The notes: generated from the letters alone by a model not told the origin. 64,000 nucleotides of DNA from an uncultured Bacilli bacterium (GCA_947629375.1 CANRDN010000006.1:11605-75604), one strand, 5' to 3'; numbered from the stretch's first letter, positions 1 through 11,642 are shown. Numbers and translations: made by a program.

Positions 1-861
1 AACACAAAAGAAGTATTAGTAGTAGGATTTTATAAAGTAAATAACGAATATATTGCTCAAAAAGCAGGTTTTGCTTTAGGAGATAGAATTACTAAAGTAA
101 ATGGAAAAGAAATTAGTTCAATAGAAGAATTAGTAAGTGAAATAAATAAAGCTAATGATAGCAAGGTAACGCTTTCTGTAAAAAGAGACAATATAGAAAA
201 AGATATCTCATTAAATCTTGTACTTGATAAAGATGTTTATAAGACAGGGCTATATATTAAAGATGAGATAACAGGAATTGGGACTTTGACTTATATCGAC
301 CCAGAAACTAAGATTTTTGGATCCCTTGGACACGAAATAGCAGATAGTAAAACAGGAAAACTAGTTTCAATAAACGATGGATATATATTTGAATCATCAG
401 TTACAGGTACAATAAAAAGTACTCCTACGACAACTGGTGAAAAAAGAGCAATATTTAAACAAAATATAGTCGAAGGTGACATAGTAAAAAATACTAATAA
501 AGGTATATATGGAAACTACTCTAAAGAAATAGATGAAGATAATCTAATCGATGTAGCAGAAATAGATGAAATAGAACTTGGTCCTGCTACAATCTATACC
601 GTTTTACATAATAATGAAGTAAAAGCATATAATATTAATATCTTAAATATAAATAAAGATTCCGAAACTAAAAACATCTTATTTGAGATAACAGATGATA
701 CTTTAATGGAAAAGACAAATGGTGTTATAAAAGGAATGAGTGGAAGTCCAATAGTTCAAAATAATAAAATTATTGGAGCAGTTACTCACGCAATTGTAAG
801 TGATAATACAAAAGGTTATGGCATATTTATTACATCGATGTTAGAAGAAGGAGAAAAGTAA
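1..861 (+). CDS. spoIVB: SpoIVB-type sporulation serine peptidase (S55), 5' end cut by window edge
   Basis: Frame 1 is open from base 1 (NTKEVLVVGFYKVNNEYIAQKAGFALGDRITKVNGKEISS, PDZ-like) and runs into tracked ORF 286..861. The C-terminal GMSGSPIVQNNKIIGAVTHAI matches the SpoIVB catalytic-serine region. Confidence 0.85.
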   Translation, partial: NTKEVLVVGFYKVNNEYIAQKAGFALGDRITKVNGKEISSIEELVSEINKANDSKVTLSVKRDNIEKDISLNLVLDKDVYKTGLYIKDEITGIGTLTYIDPETKIFGSLGHEIADSKTGKLVSINDGYIFESSVTGTIKSTPTTTGEKRAIFKQNIVEGDIVKNTNKGIYGNYSKEIDEDNLIDVAEIDEIELGPATIYTVLHNNEVKAYNINILNINKDSETKNILFEITDDTLMEKTNGVIKGMSGSPIVQNNKIIGAVTHAIVSDNTKGYGIFITSMLEEGEK

Positions 862-890
862 AGGGGCTTACAAAAGCTCTTTTATTTTTT
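861..890 (+). terminator. Intrinsic terminator after spoIVB
   Basis: aaggggctt-acaa-aagctcttt hairpin (about 9 bp including two G-U pairs) followed by tttatttttt. Confidence 0.55.
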
Positions 891-941
891 GACAAGTATA
901 ACTTATTGTGCTAGTATTTTAAATGAAAGAAAGGGATTAAA

Positions 942-1589
942 ATGAATAAAAAATTATTACCGAATGCTTTTATGTGGCTTTTTATAGGTCTATTAATAAC
1001 ATTTGTTGGGGGTTATGTTGTATCACTAAATCCGAGCGCTTTAGAAAATATTTTTGGTGGGATGCTTTACTTAGTATTTGGTATTGCTGAAATAGTTATT
1101 GCGTTAGTACTAGCGTTAAGAGTTGCTAAAATGAAGAAGAGCACAGCAATATGCTTATATATAATGTATACCTTCTTAACAGGACTTACCATTTCATCGA
1201 TATTTATTGCTTATGAACTATCATCAATTATGATAATTTTCCTAATAACAGCACTTCTTTTTGGAATATTTGCTCTTATTGGTAAATTTACAAAAATTGA
1301 TCTTACTAAATTTTGGGTATACTTGCTTATTGGACTCCTTGCCGTTGTAATATTAGAAGTAGTAAATGTCTTCTTGATGAGTGAAACATTAGATATGTTT
1401 ACATGTATTCTAGGAGTAGTTGTATTCATCGGTTACACTGCCTTCGATGTTCAAAGGATTGCTAAAGCAGCAGATGTAGATGGAATCGAAGAAACAAGTT
1501 TTCCAATTTACTTTGCTCTTGAATTATATATCGACTTCGTAAACATTTTTATGGATCTATTAAGGTTATTTGGAAACAGCGACGACTAG
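942..1589 (+). CDS. BAX-inhibitor-1/YccA-family integral membrane protein
   Basis: 215 aa with about 7 hydrophobic segments and a charged C-terminus. The overall pattern is typical of the BI-1/YccA/YetJ family. An upstream ttgaca-17-tagtat promoter with TGn lies at 889..917. Confidence 0.6.
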   Translation: MNKKLLPNAFMWLFIGLLITFVGGYVVSLNPSALENIFGGMLYLVFGIAEIVIALVLALRVAKMKKSTAICLYIMYTFLTGLTISSIFIAYELSSIMIIFLITALLFGIFALIGKFTKIDLTKFWVYLLIGLLAVVILEVVNVFLMSETLDMFTCILGVVVFIGYTAFDVQRIAKAADVDGIEETSFPIYFALELYIDFVNIFMDLLRLFGNSDD

Positions 1590-1611
1590 TCGTTTTTCTT
1601 TTTAAAAAAAA

Positions 1612-1638
1612 TTAGCAGTTCTTATTGACAAGTGCTAA
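1612..1638 (+). promoter_or_regulatory. CIRCE operator 1 (HrcA binding site)
   Basis: TTAGCAGTT-N9-AAGTGCTAA versus the consensus TTAGCACTC-N9-GAGTGCTAA. The spacer contains the -35 box. Confidence 0.8.
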
Positions 1639-1653
1639 ACATAAGATTATAAT
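1625..1653 (+). promoter_or_regulatory. Sigma-A promoter of the hrcA operon
   Basis: TTGACA (1625..1630), exactly 17 nt spacer, TATAAT (1648..1653). Confidence 0.8.
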
Positions 1654-1657
1654 GTAT

Positions 1658-1684
1658 TTAGCACTATGAAAAAAGGAGTGCTTA
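1658..1684 (+). promoter_or_regulatory. CIRCE operator 2 (HrcA binding site)
   Basis: TTAGCACTA-N9-GAGTGCTTA lies immediately downstream of the -10 box in the leader. Confidence 0.85.
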
Positions 1685-1697
1685 AGAGGTGATTCTA

Positions 1698-2687
1698 GTG
1701 TTAACTGATAGACAAAAAGAAATATTAAAATTAATAGTAATGGAGTATATCAAAAATGCTAAACCAGTTGGCTCTAATCTTATATGTGACATCTTAAATT
1801 GTTCAAGTGCCACAGTAAGAAGTGAAATGGCATCCCTTGAAGAATTAGGACTTCTTGAAAAAACACACACTTCAAGTGGTAGAGTTCCAAGTGAAGAAGG
1901 ATATAGATATTATGTCAATAACTTGATGAAGCCAAAAGAAATAAGTGGCGAAGATATGTTGAAACTTCAATTAATATTTTCAAATAATCAACTAGAAATA
2001 TCCGATTGTATAAAGAAAAGTTTGGAAATTGTTTCTGATATAACTAATTATACATCGGTTGTTCTTGGAACAAAGTCACACGATAACATCTTAAAAGAAA
2101 TAAATATTGTACCACTTTCTAATGATACAGTGGTCGTAGTAGTTATCACTGATAAAGGCTTTGTCGAACATAAAACCGTAAATGTTGAAGGAATAAGTCT
2201 TGAAGAAATCAAAAAAACAGTTACACTTATCAATAATATGATAATTGGAACACCAATCGATGAAGTGTCATCAAAACTTGAGTTCGAAGTAAAACCAGTT
2301 ATTGGAAGATATGTTAAAGAACACGAAAGACTTTATAATGTTTTCTACAATGTCTTTACAAACTTCACAAATAAAAGTGTCGATGTCGTAGGAAAAAGTA
2401 ATATGTTAAAACTTCCTGAATTCTCGACAGTCGATAAAGTAAGAGATGTACTTGAAAAATTAGATGATAATATCGATAATATCGTCAAAGAAGACAGTGA
2501 AAGTAAAGATATCAAGATCTACATTGGTAAAGAAACAAATATCGATGATGATATGACAGTAATAAGAACTAAGTATAAAACAGATAAAGAAGAAGGTACA
2601 ATAGCTATTGTCGGACCTAAAAGAATGGAATATGATCGTGTTGTTAACCTTCTAGAATATATCAAAGAAAATATTGAAAAGAAATAG
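1698..2687 (+). CDS. hrcA: Heat-inducible transcription repressor HrcA
   Basis: MLTDRQKEILKLIV...GSNLI...SSATVRSEMASLEELGLLEKTHTSSGRVPSEEGYRYYV is close to Bacillus HrcA. I prefer GTG 1698 (RBS aagagg 8 nt upstream) over the tracked GTG 1689. Confidence 0.9.
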   Translation: MLTDRQKEILKLIVMEYIKNAKPVGSNLICDILNCSSATVRSEMASLEELGLLEKTHTSSGRVPSEEGYRYYVNNLMKPKEISGEDMLKLQLIFSNNQLEISDCIKKSLEIVSDITNYTSVVLGTKSHDNILKEINIVPLSNDTVVVVVITDKGFVEHKTVNVEGISLEEIKKTVTLINNMIIGTPIDEVSSKLEFEVKPVIGRYVKEHERLYNVFYNVFTNFTNKSVDVVGKSNMLKLPEFSTVDKVRDVLEKLDDNIDNIVKEDSESKDIKIYIGKETNIDDDMTVIRTKYKTDKEEGTIAIVGPKRMEYDRVVNLLEYIKENIEKK

Positions 2688-2695
2688 GAGAAAAT

Positions 2696-3274
2696 ATGAA
2701 GTTTAAGAAAGGAAAAGAGGAAATGAATAATGAAAATAGCGTTCCTAATACTGATGTTCCAGTTAATAATAGCGAACCTAGTAGTGATCAAGGATCTAGT
2801 AAAACTACTAGTGAAGATGAATTAAATAAATTAAAAAATAACATAATAGATTTAGAAAATAAATTAAAATACCAACAAGCAGAACTTGTAAATTATCGAA
2901 AAAGAAAAGATGAAGAAACAGCAAACTTACTTAAATTTGCTAATCAAGATTTAATTCTTGAACTTATCCCAATCGCTGATAATTTTGAAAGAGCAATAAA
3001 GCTTGATGACAACAATCTAGAAGATGAACTATCAAAGTTCTTATCTGGATTCAAAATGATTTATTCTCATTTGACCGAGACACTTAAAAAATATGGTGTT
3101 GAAGAAATAGAGACAGTTGGATGCGAGTTTAATCCAAACATCCACGAAGCACTTATGACTGCTCACGATGAAACAAAACCAAATGAGCAAGTAGTTGAAT
3201 GCCTTCTTAAAGGATATACTTTAAAAGGTAAAGTTATAAGAGCTGCAAAAGTAATAGTAAATAAATTAGATTAA
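2696..3274 (+). CDS. grpE: Nucleotide exchange factor GrpE
   Basis: Sits between hrcA and dnaK. Shows coiled-coil LKYQQAELVNYRKRKDEE and the GrpE C-terminal domain (LLKGYTLKGKVIRAAKV). Confidence 0.9.
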   Translation: MKFKKGKEEMNNENSVPNTDVPVNNSEPSSDQGSSKTTSEDELNKLKNNIIDLENKLKYQQAELVNYRKRKDEETANLLKFANQDLILELIPIADNFERAIKLDDNNLEDELSKFLSGFKMIYSHLTETLKKYGVEEIETVGCEFNPNIHEALMTAHDETKPNEQVVECLLKGYTLKGKVIRAAKVIVNKLD

Positions 3275-3281
3275 TATTTGA

Positions 3282-5135
<1,854 letters not shown>

Positions 5136-5140
5136 AAAAA

Positions 5141-5165
5141 AGAAGTTCTAGGAAACTAGAACTTC
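5141..5165 (+). other. Stable hairpin between dnaK and pepF without a 3' U-tract
   Basis: agaagttctag-gaaa-ctagaacttc (10-11 bp stem, GAAA loop). It is preceded by A8 and not followed by T's on the plus strand. Confidence 0.6.
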
Positions 5166-5187
5166 ACTGCTATTAAAGGAGAAAATT

Positions 5188-7017
5188 ATGGGTAAGACAA
5201 AAAATAGAGATGAAGTAGCAAATAAATATAAATGGGATTTAACTGCAATATATAAGACTAATCAAGACTTTTTAGATGAAATTAAAAGTGTCGAAGAAGA
5301 AATAAAAGATTTATCTAAATATAAAGATATGATGATTACTTCTGCCAAAAACTTATATGAAGCAACAACAAGTATGTTTAATGTTTCAAGAAAGATTGAA
5401 AAAATATATACTTATGCCAGCTTGAAATATAATGAAGATATAAGTAATTCTCTATCTATTGAATTACTAGATAAAGCAGAAAATTTAGATATCTTATTTA
5501 ATCAAACTACTTCTTTCTATGACCCAACATTACTTAGTTTAGAGTATAGTGATATTGAAAAAATGTACAAAGAATATCCAAAGTTACTAGAGTATCAAAG
5601 ATACTTTGAAAAAAGTTTTAGATATAAACCTTATATGCTTAGTGAAGAAAAAGAAAAACTAATAAGTGACTTATCTAAAACATATGCCGATAATGAGACT
5701 ATTTTCAGTTCTTTGACGGACTCTGATATCGATTTTGGAACGATTAAAGATGAACACAATAAGAAAGTAATTCTTACTAACACAAACTATACAACGTATG
5801 TAAAATCAAGTGATAGAAGAGTAAGAAAAGATGCTTTCCTAACACTTTATAGAACTTATGGAAGATATAAAACAACACTATCGAGACTTCTAGAAGGCGA
5901 AGTAAAACAGACGGCTACCTTCAATAAAATAAGAGGTTATAAATCAAGTTTAGATAGCGCAATGTACAAAGATGAGCTTGATACTAAAGTATTTGATTCT
6001 CTAATACAAAGTGTAAGTGAAGGATTAGACCCACTATTTAGATATTACAAAATAAAAAAAGAAATACTTGGGGTAGATGAGTTACATATCTATGATACAT
6101 ATGCTGATATTATTAAGGACTATGATAAAAAGTATTCTTTAGATGATGCTAAAAAGTTAATTAAAGAAACTTTACAAGTTTTTGGTAAAGACTATGTAGA
6201 AACAATAGATAAAGCTTTTAACGAGCACTGGATTGATTTCTTACCTAATAAAGGTAAAACAGGTGGTGCTTTCTCTGGCGGATGCTATGACACATATCCT
6301 TACATTTTAACTAACTTCCAACAAGAGTTTAACGATGTTTCAACTTTAATCCACGAGTTAGGTCACTCAATGCACAGTTATTACTCTAGAAACAATAACC
6401 CATATCAGTACGCAAATTATTCTATTTTAGTAGCAGAAGTTGCATCGACAGTAAATGAATTGTTACTTGCAAAACACGTCTTAAAAACGTCAAATGACCC
6501 TAAAGAAAAGTTATATATTCTAGATAGATTAATGAGTCTATTTAAAGGAACAATATATCGCCAAACGATGTATGAAGAGTTTGAAAGATTCTTATTCGAA
6601 AAAGTAGAAAAAGAAGAAACTTTGACATCTGACGTTTTATGTGATAAATTTTATGAGTTGAATAAAAAATATTTTGGTAAAGATGTTGTACTCGATGATG
6701 AGATAAGATACGAATGGGGTAGGATGCCTCACTTGTATTACAACTTCTATATGTATAAATATGCAACTGGATTATCTTGTGCTTGCCAGATAGTAGAACA
6801 AATTCTAAGCAACAAAGAAAATGCTGTTTCTAACTATTTAGAATTCTTAAAAACGGGATCTACAATGGCACCTAATGAAGAGTTAAAAATAAATGGTGTA
6901 GATTTAACAAAGAAATCTGTCTGTGACAGTGCAATCAAGATGTTTAGTGAATTCGTAACAGAATTTGAAAAAACATACAAAGAATATAAAAAGAGTAGTG
7001 GTGAGGTAAATGGATAA
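5188..7017 (+). CDS. pepF: Oligoendopeptidase F (M3B metallopeptidase)
   Basis: 609 aa with the HELGH zinc motif ([14 protein letters not shown]) and PepF-like length and N-terminal pattern (KWDLTAIY). Confidence 0.85.
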   Translation: MGKTKNRDEVANKYKWDLTAIYKTNQDFLDEIKSVEEEIKDLSKYKDMMITSAKNLYEATTSMFNVSRKIEKIYTYASLKYNEDISNSLSIELLDKAENLDILFNQTTSFYDPTLLSLEYSDIEKMYKEYPKLLEYQRYFEKSFRYKPYMLSEEKEKLISDLSKTYADNETIFSSLTDSDIDFGTIKDEHNKKVILTNTNYTTYVKSSDRRVRKDAFLTLYRTYGRYKTTLSRLLEGEVKQTATFNKIRGYKSSLDSAMYKDELDTKVFDSLIQSVSEGLDPLFRYYKIKKEILGVDELHIYDTYADIIKDYDKKYSLDDAKKLIKETLQVFGKDYVETIDKAFNEHWIDFLPNKGKTGGAFSGGCYDTYPYILTNFQQEFNDVSTLIHELGHSMHSYYSRNNNPYQYANYSILVAEVASTVNELLLAKHVLKTSNDPKEKLYILDRLMSLFKGTIYRQTMYEEFERFLFEKVEKEETLTSDVLCDKFYELNKKYFGKDVVLDDEIRYEWGRMPHLYYNFYMYKYATGLSCACQIVEQILSNKENAVSNYLEFLKTGSTMAPNEELKINGVDLTKKSVCDSAIKMFSEFVTEFEKTYKEYKKSSGEVNG

Positions 7018-8125
7018 AAAAGATTATTATGATGTGCTTGGCGTAGATAAAAGTGCATCTGATGCTGAAATTAAAAGTGCTTATAGAAAACTTGCAAAAC
7101 AGTATCACCCAGATATTAATAAAGAAGAAGGAGCAGAAGCTAAGTTTAAGGAAATTCAAGAAGCTTACGATGTTTTAGGTGATGAAAACAAGCGTCGTCA
7201 GTATGATCAATTTGGTCACGCTGCCTTCGATCAAAGCTCAGCGGGTGCTTATGGTGGTGCCGGTGGTTTTGGAGGATTCGATGCTTCAGGATTCGACTTT
7301 GGAGATATATTCGATAATATCTTTGGAGGAGGTTTTGGAGGATTCCAAGGAGGCTCAGCAAGATCTAGAGCTCAAGCTGGCGAAGACCGTTTAATGCGTA
7401 TAAGACTATCCTTTGAAGAAGCAGTCTTCGGATGTGAAAAAGATATTAAACTAGAAGTAAACGAAAAATGTGACGAATGTAATGGTAAAGGTGGAACAGG
7501 AGAAGAGACTTGTTCTGAATGTCACGGAAGTGGTACTGTAACAAAAGAGCAAAGAACTCTATTCGGAACATTTATGTCTAAGACTACTTGTAACAAGTGT
7601 GGAGGAAGAGGTAAAACCTACAAAAATAGATGTTCTTATTGTGGTGGAACTGGTAGAATTATTTCTAAAAAGACAATTACGGTGTCAATTCCAAAAGGTG
7701 TAGATACAGGTAATAGATTAAGAATTTCAGGAAAAGGTGAAGCTGGTATAAACGGTGGACCTAATGGAGACTTATATCTAGAGTTTGTCGTAGATAAACA
7801 CGAGTTTTATGAAAGGGACGGAGATGATATATATCTAAAAGTTCCAATCAATATAACGGAAGCAGTATTAGGTACGAAAAAAGAAATACCAACACTATTT
7901 GGTAATGTTAAACTAACTATCCCTGAAGGAACAAATACCGGTGATAAGCAAAGAATCAAAGGAAAAGGTATCAATAAAGGAGATATGTATGTAATAATGG
8001 ATGTTAGGGTTCCTAAAAAGATTTCAAGAGATCAAAAGAAACTATTTGAAGAACTTGAAGATACGGAACTAGATGATTCTACAATAAAAGATTTTGATAA
8101 CTTTACAATTAGAAATGATAGATAA
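7010..8125 (+). CDS. dnaJ: Co-chaperone DnaJ
   Basis: J domain with HPD (YHPDINK), a G/F-rich linker, and four CxxCxGxG motifs ([32 protein letters not shown]). The start overlaps the pepF stop by 8 nt. Confidence 0.95.
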   Translation: MDKKDYYDVLGVDKSASDAEIKSAYRKLAKQYHPDINKEEGAEAKFKEIQEAYDVLGDENKRRQYDQFGHAAFDQSSAGAYGGAGGFGGFDASGFDFGDIFDNIFGGGFGGFQGGSARSRAQAGEDRLMRIRLSFEEAVFGCEKDIKLEVNEKCDECNGKGGTGEETCSECHGSGTVTKEQRTLFGTFMSKTTCNKCGGRGKTYKNRCSYCGGTGRIISKKTITVSIPKGVDTGNRLRISGKGEAGINGGPNGDLYLEFVVDKHEFYERDGDDIYLKVPINITEAVLGTKKEIPTLFGNVKLTIPEGTNTGDKQRIKGKGINKGDMYVIMDVRVPKKISRDQKKLFEELEDTELDDSTIKDFDNFTIRNDR

Positions 8126-8147
8126 ACTTTTTGTTTATCTTTTTTTC
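8121..8147 (+). terminator. Intrinsic terminator after dnaJ
   Basis: gataaac-ttttt-gtttatc followed by T7, overlapping the stop codon. Confidence 0.7.
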
Positions 8148-8179
8148 TTAAACATTTATAATAAAGATATGGTGATAGA

Positions 8180-8605
8180 ATGAAGTATTTTACAAAAGAA
8201 CTATATAGAATAATGGATAGAGGTACAAAGTTTACTCCCGAAGAACAAGAATTAATAATAAACGCCTCAAAAGAAAGAATAAAACAAAGATATGATTTTC
8301 CAACTAATAAAGAAAATTTTCAAAATTTAAAAGTAAAAGAATTTAAAAGAATATTTAATAATTATGTCTTAATATTCGACGATAAAAAAAATGAAAGACA
8401 TATAAAATCTCTTACATTCTTTAACACATCTATTATAAAAGAAGATATGGATATTACAAATGCCTATTGGATATTTGATGAAATCTATAAAAGCAAGAAA
8501 CAGTATGAACAACACATCTTATTTAAAAAAGATGATGATTTAATAGATTTGATTCTTTTATGTGACAAGGCATCAATTACATACAAAAAGGACTTTACTA
8601 AGTAA
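8180..8605 (+). CDS. Hypothetical protein, possibly DUF4085-like
   Basis: 141 aa. The N-terminal MKYFTKELY resembles, from memory, the DUF4085 start. Not verified. Confidence 0.4.
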   Translation: MKYFTKELYRIMDRGTKFTPEEQELIINASKERIKQRYDFPTNKENFQNLKVKEFKRIFNNYVLIFDDKKNERHIKSLTFFNTSIIKEDMDITNAYWIFDEIYKSKKQYEQHILFKKDDDLIDLILLCDKASITYKKDFTK

Positions 8606-8611
8606 AGCCCT
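8590..8611 (-). terminator. Terminator hairpin, copy A (duplicated with the pseudogene)
   Basis: Minus strand gggctttacttagtaaagtcc followed by ttttt. This is the same hairpin as at 8896..8916, and it overlaps the 3' end of ORF 8180..8605. Confidence 0.55.
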
Positions 8612-8625
8612 TATTATTTTCTATT

Positions 8626-8850
8626 TTATCTAGTAGCATAACGAGTTGGTATTTTATTATCTTTTAAAGTAAATACTGCAGACAGGATTGTTAAAATCAT
8701 TGCAATGAATCCAAGTACTAGACTAAACAAAACTACAATTATACTATAATGTGGTAGAATTATTATTTCAGATAAAAGATAAACAGTGTGACCAATAAGT
8801 TCTAGAATATTTCCAGTTGGATTTATTCCAACAACAAAGTAAGGCAGGTG
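8626..8850 (-). pseudogene. 5'-truncated paralogue of the adjacent small membrane protein gene
   Basis: The reverse translation ...GINPTGNILELIGHTVYLLSEIIILPHYSIIVVLFSLVLGFIAMILTILSAVFTLKDNKIPTRYATR* aligns with the C-terminus of ORF 8933..9322 (..KLTGNILGIIGHAIYFLF..MILTILSAVFTLKDNKMPTHH..). There is no start codon, and an in-frame stop lies upstream. Confidence 0.75.
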
Positions 8851-8890
8851 TTAACCTAAAACATATATGATAAGATAAAATTACTAAATA

Positions 8891-8916
8891 AAAAAAGCTT
8901 TACTAAGTAAAGCCTT
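8891..8916 (-). terminator. Terminator hairpin, copy B, after ORF 8933..9322
   Basis: Minus strand ggctttacttagtaaagc followed by T7. Confidence 0.65.
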
Positions 8917-8932
8917 TAAATTGCTAAACAAA

Positions 8933-9322
8933 TTATTCTTTAGCAGTACTATGATGTGTTGGCATCTTATTATCTTTTAATGTAAATACTGCAGATAAGA
9001 TTGTTAAAATCATAGCAACCCATCCGAATGCTGCACCAAATAAGAAATAAATAGCGTGTCCAATAATTCCAAGAATGTTTCCAGTTAGTTTCATTCCTGC
9101 TTTTTTAGATTGAACAAGACCAACAATGTGTAATACTACACATACAGCTGCAAATCCTAACATTACATATCCAAATACTTGAGCACCTGTAAGTTCAACA
9201 TCGCCATTTGAAACTACATCATTAACAGCAGCACCTACAATAATAAATATTGCAAGAAAATACATTACTGAAGCAATGATATCAAGTATACCAGCAGCTT
9301 TATTAATTCCTAATCCTTTCAT
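8933..9322 (-). CDS. Small integral membrane protein (4 predicted TM), unknown function
   Basis: 129 aa, very hydrophobic, with an RBS (aaaggagtgaaaaaaataaaATG). A decayed copy lies next to it. Confidence 0.65.
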   Translation of the reverse strand: MKGLGINKAAGILDIIASVMYFLAIFIIVGAAVNDVVSNGDVELTGAQVFGYVMLGFAAVCVVLHIVGLVQSKKAGMKLTGNILGIIGHAIYFLFGAAFGWVAMILTILSAVFTLKDNKMPTHHSTAKE

Positions 9323-9501
9323 TTTATTTTTTTCACTCCTTTCAAACTACATATCTAAGATATGATAACCTTATTTTACCATATATATAAATATATATTC
9401 AATATCAAAATTCAACAAATTTAGTGTCTATTAGGAAAAAAATGATATTATGTTGCAATCCTAAAAGAAAAATATGTTATATAATATTAGTAGGTGATGT
9501 T

Positions 9502-10398
9502 ATGGAAAATGATATTGAAGACTATAAAAATTACCTAATGTTTGAAAGAAGAATGGCTAAAAATACTACTAACTCTTATATAAGAGATTTAGAAGGATAT
9601 AAAGATTTTCTTGAAAAAGAAAGAAAAGTAAACAGTATTAAAGATATATCTAAAAAAGATATAGAAAGTTATTTAGAGTACTTAAATAAAAACAATTATA
9701 CGACTACTTCTTTAGCTAGGAAATTAACAGCAATTAAAAACTTTCATAAATATTTACTTGCAACAAATAAATTAGATGTCGATTTGGCTCTTACAATTGA
9801 AAGACCTAAATTAAGAAAGAGCCTTCCTAATGTTTTAACAGTAGAAGAAGTAGATAAGCTTTTAGATATTAAAACTGAAAGCCCATTTGACTATCGTAAT
9901 AAAGCTATGTTAGAATTACTTTATGGCACTGGACTTAGAATATCTGAAATGCTCGATTTAAAACTTGGTGATATTGACTTTGAAAACTGCATTTTAAGGT
10001 GCTTTGGTAAAGGTAGTAAAGAAAGAATTGTTCCAATAGGAGAATACATTATAGATTCCTTAAACAAATATTTAGAAAATGGAAGAAATAAACTTATTAA
10101 TCCTAAAAAAGTTAGTGACTATTTATTCCTAAATAAATTTGGAGGAAGAATAACAAGATTTAGTTTCTTTAAAATACTTAAGAAATTATTACAAGAAAAA
10201 GGAATTAAAAAAGATGTATCACCTCACAGTCTTCGTCATAGTTTTGCAACGCATATGCTTGAAAATGGTGCCGATTTAAGAAGTATTCAAGAACTTTTAG
10301 GTCATAGTGATATTGCTACAACAAGAATATATACTCATATAACAAATAAAAAAGTTGAAAATGATTATATTGAGTATCATCCAAGAAGTAAAAAATAG
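9502..10398 (+). CDS. xerD: Tyrosine recombinase XerD
   Basis: GLRISE...HSLRHSFATHMLENGADLRSIQELLGHSDIATTRIYTH catalytic region. xerD-deoB adjacency matches B. subtilis. ATG 9502 (RBS taggtga) is preferred over the tracked GTG 9424. Confidence 0.85.
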   Translation: MENDIEDYKNYLMFERRMAKNTTNSYIRDLEGYKDFLEKERKVNSIKDISKKDIESYLEYLNKNNYTTTSLARKLTAIKNFHKYLLATNKLDVDLALTIERPKLRKSLPNVLTVEEVDKLLDIKTESPFDYRNKAMLELLYGTGLRISEMLDLKLGDIDFENCILRCFGKGSKERIVPIGEYIIDSLNKYLENGRNKLINPKKVSDYLFLNKFGGRITRFSFFKILKKLLQEKGIKKDVSPHSLRHSFATHMLENGADLRSIQELLGHSDIATTRIYTHITNKKVENDYIEYHPRSKK

Positions 10399-10410
10399 GA
10401 GTGTTTATTA

Positions 10411-11577
10411 ATGTTTAAAAGAATATTTTTAATAGTATTAGATTCGTTAGGAGTAGGGGAAGCACTAGATGCTAATGTCTATAATGATACAGGTGCTAAT
10501 ACCCTAAAGCATATAACAGAAAATTATGATTTATTTATTCCTAATTTAGAAAAACTAGGTTTTTTAAATACACTTAATATGAGTGATAAAGAAGATGTAG
10601 ATGCTTATTATACGATTGCCAAACCAACTAATGTTGGAAAAGATAGCTTAACATCTCATTATGAATTAGTAGGTATTAAAAGTACTACTCCCTTTAAAGT
10701 ATTTAGTGAAAGAGCTTTTCCAATCGAACTTTTAGCTAAAATAGAAGAAGTAACTGGTAAAAGAGTTATCGGTAATAAAGTTATTAATGGAGAAAAGATA
10801 ATAAATGAATTAGGAGAAAGACATTTATCTTATGGAAGTTTAATTATATACACATCAAGTGATTCAACTCTTCAAGTAGCAGCTCACGAAGATGTTATAC
10901 CAATTCCTAAACTATATCAATACTGTGAGAAGATAAGACAGATTACCCTTGATGATCAATATCGTGTGGCAAGAGTTATTGCAAGACCATTTAACGGTAA
11001 ACCTGGTAAATTCAAGTTTACTCAAGATAGATGTGACTATGCAGTTAAACCACCTAAAAGAAGCGTTTTAAACTCCCTTAAAGATAAAGACTTAAGTGTT
11101 ATTTCAATAGGTAAAATAAATGATATTTTCGATGGAGAAGGTATTACTAAAATAGTTAAATCATCAAATAATAATATGGATACTATAACAAAGTTAACTG
11201 ACATTATGGGTAAGAATTTTAATGGATTATGCTTTGCTAATTTAAATGATTTTGATGCTTTATATGGACACAATAGAGATGTAGAAGGATACGCTAAAGC
11301 AATTGAAGAATTAGATGTAGAAATACCTTTAATTTTAAATAAACTTGAAAATGACGACCTTTTAATAATTACAGCCGATCACGGAAATGATCCAACTTTC
11401 CCTGGTAACTCACACACTAGAGAAAATGTTCCAGTAATTATTTATTCAAGACGCTTTAAAGAACCTAAAAAATTAGAACCTTTGAAGACAATGGCTGATA
11501 TTGGTGCTACTATTGCAGATAATTTTGAAGTAGATAAACCAGAAATTGGAGAAAGTTTCTTAAATAAATTGAAGTAG
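10411..11577 (+). CDS. deoB: Phosphopentomutase
   Basis: FLIVLDSLGVGE N-terminus, ITADHGNDPT and HTRENVP motifs, 388 aa. Confidence 0.9.
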   Translation: MFKRIFLIVLDSLGVGEALDANVYNDTGANTLKHITENYDLFIPNLEKLGFLNTLNMSDKEDVDAYYTIAKPTNVGKDSLTSHYELVGIKSTTPFKVFSERAFPIELLAKIEEVTGKRVIGNKVINGEKIINELGERHLSYGSLIIYTSSDSTLQVAAHEDVIPIPKLYQYCEKIRQITLDDQYRVARVIARPFNGKPGKFKFTQDRCDYAVKPPKRSVLNSLKDKDLSVISIGKINDIFDGEGITKIVKSSNNNMDTITKLTDIMGKNFNGLCFANLNDFDALYGHNRDVEGYAKAIEELDVEIPLILNKLENDDLLIITADHGNDPTFPGNSHTRENVPVIIYSRRFKEPKKLEPLKTMADIGATIADNFEVDKPEIGESFLNKLK

Positions 11578-11578
11578 G

Positions 11579-11603
11579 AGAGGGGAGATGCCCTCTTTTC
11601 TTT
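11579..11603 (+). terminator. Intrinsic terminator after deoB
   Basis: agaggg-gagatg-ccctct followed by tttctttat. Confidence 0.55.
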
Positions 11604-11642
11604 ATCTAGAATGAATGATACAATAATAGAGGAGATGATAAG

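Noticed and set aside
5141-5165. The dnaK-pepF hairpin read as a minus-strand terminator, since it has a T-run on that strand.
   Set aside because: No minus-strand gene converges on it, because all neighbours are on the plus strand. It was therefore treated as a plus-strand RNA element of uncertain strength.
7146-7394. Two 71-aa ORFs overlapping the dnaJ G/F-rich linker.
   Set aside because: They are frame artefacts of the GGT/GGA/TTC-rich linker-coding region. dnaJ is continuous and fully conserved through this region.
9424-9501. N-terminal extensions of tracked ORFs: xerD from 9424, ybeY to 50426, rpsU to 53174, tgt to 61001, mnmA to 15446, yqfD to 52130, lepA to 44774, the HTH gene to 14240.
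   Set aside because: In each case an internal ATG is preceded by a good SD. The conserved protein family starts at that ATG, and the upstream codons (often beginning with GTG/TTG inside the SD itself) encode non-conserved sequence.
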